Of a DNA stretch of 64,000 nucleotides, positions 61,307 to 64,000 are shown one piece after another. Position numbers and translations under genes: made by a program. The first letter of the stretch is position 1. The number at the start of each line of letters is the position of its first letter. A model generated the notes under the pieces. That model saw nothing but the letters and a program-made list of their open reading frames with translations, was not told the DNA's origin and searched no databases. This DNA is from an uncultured delta proteobacterium (lineage in GTDB: Bacteria; Myxococcota_A; Polyangia; Fen-1088). The stretch lies in assembly GCA_963767925.1 (NCBI GenBank), contig CAVYGB010000008.1:928001-992000 (forward strand), written 5' to 3'.

Positions 61307-63449
61307 CCGGGCGGCGCCTCGTGTGCTGGGTGCGGAAGGGCTTCTCGGATCGGCGGGGGGCAGGGGCGGGGGCGTGGAGGGTGCCTTCGGACGGAACGAG
61401 CTGATCGGGGCCATTTCCGATCAGGTCGGCGCGCCCCAGGCGGCGCAGGGCCTCCCGCAGCAGCGGCCAGTTGGCCGGATCGTGGTAGCGCAGGAAGGCC
61501 TTGTGCAGCCGGCGCACCCGCAGGCCCCGCGGGACGTGGACCCGCTCGGGATCTTTGCGCCGGAGGCGGCGCAGCGGGTTGAGGCCCGTGTGGTACATGG
61601 CGGTGGCGGTCGCCATCGGCGAGGGCAAGAAGGCCTGCACCTGGTCGGCGCGGAACCCGTTGCGCTTGAGCCAGAGGGCGAGCTGCACCATGTCCTGATC
61701 GGTGGTGCCGGGATGGGCGGCGATGAAATAGGGGATGAGGTACTGCTTCTTGCCCGCCTCGCGCGAGTAGCGGTCGAAGAGGGTCCGGAAGCGCTCGTAG
61801 GCCCCGATGCCCGGCTTGAGCATCATGGCCAGGGGCCCCTCCTCGGTGTGCTCGGGCGCGATCTTGAGGTAGCCCCCCACGTGGTGGGTGGCGAGCTCGC
61901 GAACGTAGTCCGGGGAGGTCGCCGCCAGGTCGTAGCGGACCCCGGAGGCGATGAGGACCTTCTTGATGCCCGCGATCGCCCGGGCCTTGCGGTAGAGGGC
62001 CACCAGCGGGGCGTGATCGGTGCGGAGGTTGGGGCAGATGTCGGGATGCACGCAGGAGGGCAGGCGGCAGGCGGCCTCCACCTCCGGATCCTTGCAGGCC
62101 AGCCGGTACATGTTGGCGGTCGGGCCGCCCAGGTCGGAGATGACGCCGGTGAAGCCGGGGGTCTGGTCGCGTACCCGCTCGATCTCCCGCAGCACCGAGG
62201 CCTCGGAGCGGTTCTGGATGATGCGGCCCTCGTGTTCGGTGATCGAGCAGAAGGTGCAGCCGCCGAAGCAGCCCCGGGTGATGGTGACCGAGGCCTTGAT
62301 CATGTCGTAGGCCGGGATGGGAGCGCCGTCGTAGCGGGGGTGGGGCCGGCGGCGATAGGGCAGCTCGTAGACCGCGTCCATCTCCGCGCTGGTCAGGGGC
62401 AGCGGCGGGGGGGTGAGCCAGACGTCGCGGTCGCCGTGGCGCTGCACGAGGGCCCGGGCGTTGCCCGGGTTGGACTCGAGGTGCAGCACCCGCGAGGCGT
62501 GGGCGTAGAGCACCGGATCGGTCACGACCTCCTCGAAGGCGGGCAGCCGGATCACCGTCCGGGCGCGATCCCGCCGGGGGCGCAGCCGCACCAGGGGGGC
62601 CGCGGCCGGCGCGGCGCCGCCCTCGGCACAGGGAGCAGTCGCCCGGGCGCTCTCGTCGGCGTAGGGGTCGGGCGGGGGCGGCGCCGGTCCGGGGGCATCG
62701 ACCCGCGTCGAGTCGAGCTCCTCGAAGTCGGGGGGCGCGGCGCCGCCGCGCCGGGCGAAGGCGGTACCCCGCACGTCGGTCAGGCTGGCGGGGGGCTCGC
62801 CGGCGGCGAGTCGGCGGGCGATCTCCACCACCGCCCGCTCGCCGTTGCCGTACACGAGCAGGTCGGCCTTCGCGTCGAGCAGGATCGAGCGCCGCACCTT
62901 CTCGGACCAGTAGTCGAAGTGGGCGATGCGGCGGAGGCTGGCCTCGATCCCACCGATCACCAGGGGCACGCCGGGGAAGGCCTCCCGGCAGCGCTGGGCG
63001 TAGACGATCACCGATCGGTCGGGGCGCAGCCCGGCGCGGGCTCCGGGCGAATAGGCGTCGTCGCTGCGGATGCGCTTGTCGCTTGTGTACCGGTTGACCA
63101 TCGAGTCCATGTTGCCGGCGGTGACCCCCCACATCAGCCGGGGCCGACCCAGGCTGGCGAAAGCCTCGGCCGAGCGCCAGTCGGGCTGGGCCACGATCCC
63201 GATCCGCAGCCCTTCGGCCTCGAGCAGCCGGCCAATTACCGCGGCGCCGAAGCTGGGGTGATCGACGTAGGCGTCGCCGGTCACCAGCACGACGTCGCAT
63301 TCGGTCCAGCCCAGGGTGGCCATCTCGGCCCGGGAGGTCGGCAGAAACGGCGCCACCGGTCCCCGGCGGGGGCCGGTGAGCAGGCTGGGCACCAGGTGGT
63401 CGGGGGAGACCACCTGGAAGCCGGCGCGGGTGGAGAGGGGGCCGTTCAC
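61275..63449 (-). CDS. ygiQ: YgiQ-family radical SAM protein (UPF0313)
   Basis: [49 protein letters not shown]. Confidence 0.93.
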   Translation of the reverse strand: MNGPLSTRAGFQVVSPDHLVPSLLTGPRRGPVAPFLPTSRAEMATLGWTECDVVLVTGDAYVDHPSFGAAVIGRLLEAEGLRIGIVAQPDWRSAEAFASLGRPRLMWGVTAGNMDSMVNRYTSDKRIRSDDAYSPGARAGLRPDRSVIVYAQRCREAFPGVPLVIGGIEASLRRIAHFDYWSEKVRRSILLDAKADLLVYGNGERAVVEIARRLAAGEPPASLTDVRGTAFARRGGAAPPDFEELDSTRVDAPGPAPPPPDPYADESARATAPCAEGGAAPAAAPLVRLRPRRDRARTVIRLPAFEEVVTDPVLYAHASRVLHLESNPGNARALVQRHGDRDVWLTPPPLPLTSAEMDAVYELPYRRRPHPRYDGAPIPAYDMIKASVTITRGCFGGCTFCSITEHEGRIIQNRSEASVLREIERVRDQTPGFTGVISDLGGPTANMYRLACKDPEVEAACRLPSCVHPDICPNLRTDHAPLVALYRKARAIAGIKKVLIASGVRYDLAATSPDYVRELATHHVGGYLKIAPEHTEEGPLAMMLKPGIGAYERFRTLFDRYSREAGKKQYLIPYFIAAHPGTTDQDMVQLALWLKRNGFRADQVQAFLPSPMATATAMYHTGLNPLRRLRRKDPERVHVPRGLRVRRLHKAFLRYHDPANWPLLREALRRLGRADLIGNGPDQLVPSEGTLHAPAPAPRRSEKPFRTQHTRRRPVRGRGGGGPA

Positions 63450-63535
63450 GAGGCGGGGGAGTCTAGCAGCCGGCAGCCTCGGGCGGGCCGGTCTCGCTGG
63501 CTACTTCGTTGCCTTGCTCCCTTGCCCAGTCCGCC

Positions 63536-64000
63536 CTATTCGGGCTGAACGGGGCGGCGCGGCTCTTTTCGCATGGAGTAAACCACCCGGGTGTGGGCAC
63601 AGAGGTCGTGCACCGCCCGCCGGTTGCGGTCGAAGATGGCGAACAGGAACCCCGCCATCCAGGGGAGGGCGAGGGCGATGTTGGGCCCCCAGAACAGCCG
63701 GACCAGGTCCTCGACGTTGGTGTCGAGGAAGGGGATCTCCCCCCAGCCCAGCAGCCGGTTGACCTCGTCTTTCACCGTGCGGACGTCGGCCGATCCGAAG
63801 GTCCAGGCCAGGCTGAAGTGGAGCATCAACATGGCCACCAGCGGCCCCCAGAACTTCACCACGAAGCGAAGCAGGAGCCGGGGCACGGTGAGCGCCCGGC
63901 TGGTCCCCTGGATGCTCAGCCGGAACAGCCGCTTGCCGAGCGTCTGCCCCCACCTGCGGTGACCCAGCACGGTGTAGACGCCGAACAGGGTGAAGGTGAT
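63536..64000 (-). CDS. RDD-family membrane protein (C-terminal part; begins beyond the window)
   Basis: GQTLGKRL, LLRF, RRAVHDLCAHTRVV. Confidence 0.8.
   Translation of the reverse strand: MTFTLFGVYTVLGHRRWGQTLGKRLFRLSIQGTSRALTVPRLLLRFVVKFWGPLVAMLMLHFSLAWTFGSADVRTVKDEVNRLLGWGEIPFLDTNVEDLVRLFWGPNIALALPWMAGFLFAIFDRNRRAVHDLCAHTRVVYSMRKEPRRPVQPE

Overview
Very GC-rich bacterial chromosomal segment. The gene content points to Myxococcota (a Polyangia-like myxobacterium): many Cys-rich lipoproteins, a Hanks-type kinase, an ftsB-dmxA-like pair and sigma54-type promoters. I can support about 56 CDSs. I found no rRNA, tRNA, CRISPR array, transposase or phage genes. Housekeeping genes: recQ-family, aroE, xseA, cysS, rsuA-family, trmL, hemJ, ygiQ, and an iscSUA-hscBA-fdx operon. 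That operon is headed by a MerR-family regulator with a CX2CX8CX2C tail instead of IscR. Accessory genes: dprE1-like oxidase plus two tandem dprE2-like SDRs; a TetR/MDR pair with a perfect 17-bp operator palindrome; a sulfatase-fold protein and a glycosyltransferase; a 14-repeat Cys-rich lipoprotein; a czcCBA-like efflux operon with a Cys-rich leader ORF; a frameshifted c-haem/copper monooxygenase; a pspC-ECF sigma-anti-sigma-pspC module with its own ECF promoter; an NTP-transferase/aminotransferase fusion; and a tandem double kinase. Most striking are (i) an apparently exported lipoprotein 'dikinase' (lamin-tail domains, phospho-His swivel domain, C-terminal ATP-grasp, the glucan-water-dikinase domain order) under a sigma54-like promoter, and (ii) the MerR-4Cys regulator with its operator at the head of isc. 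All calls come from reading motifs by eye. No database searches were run.
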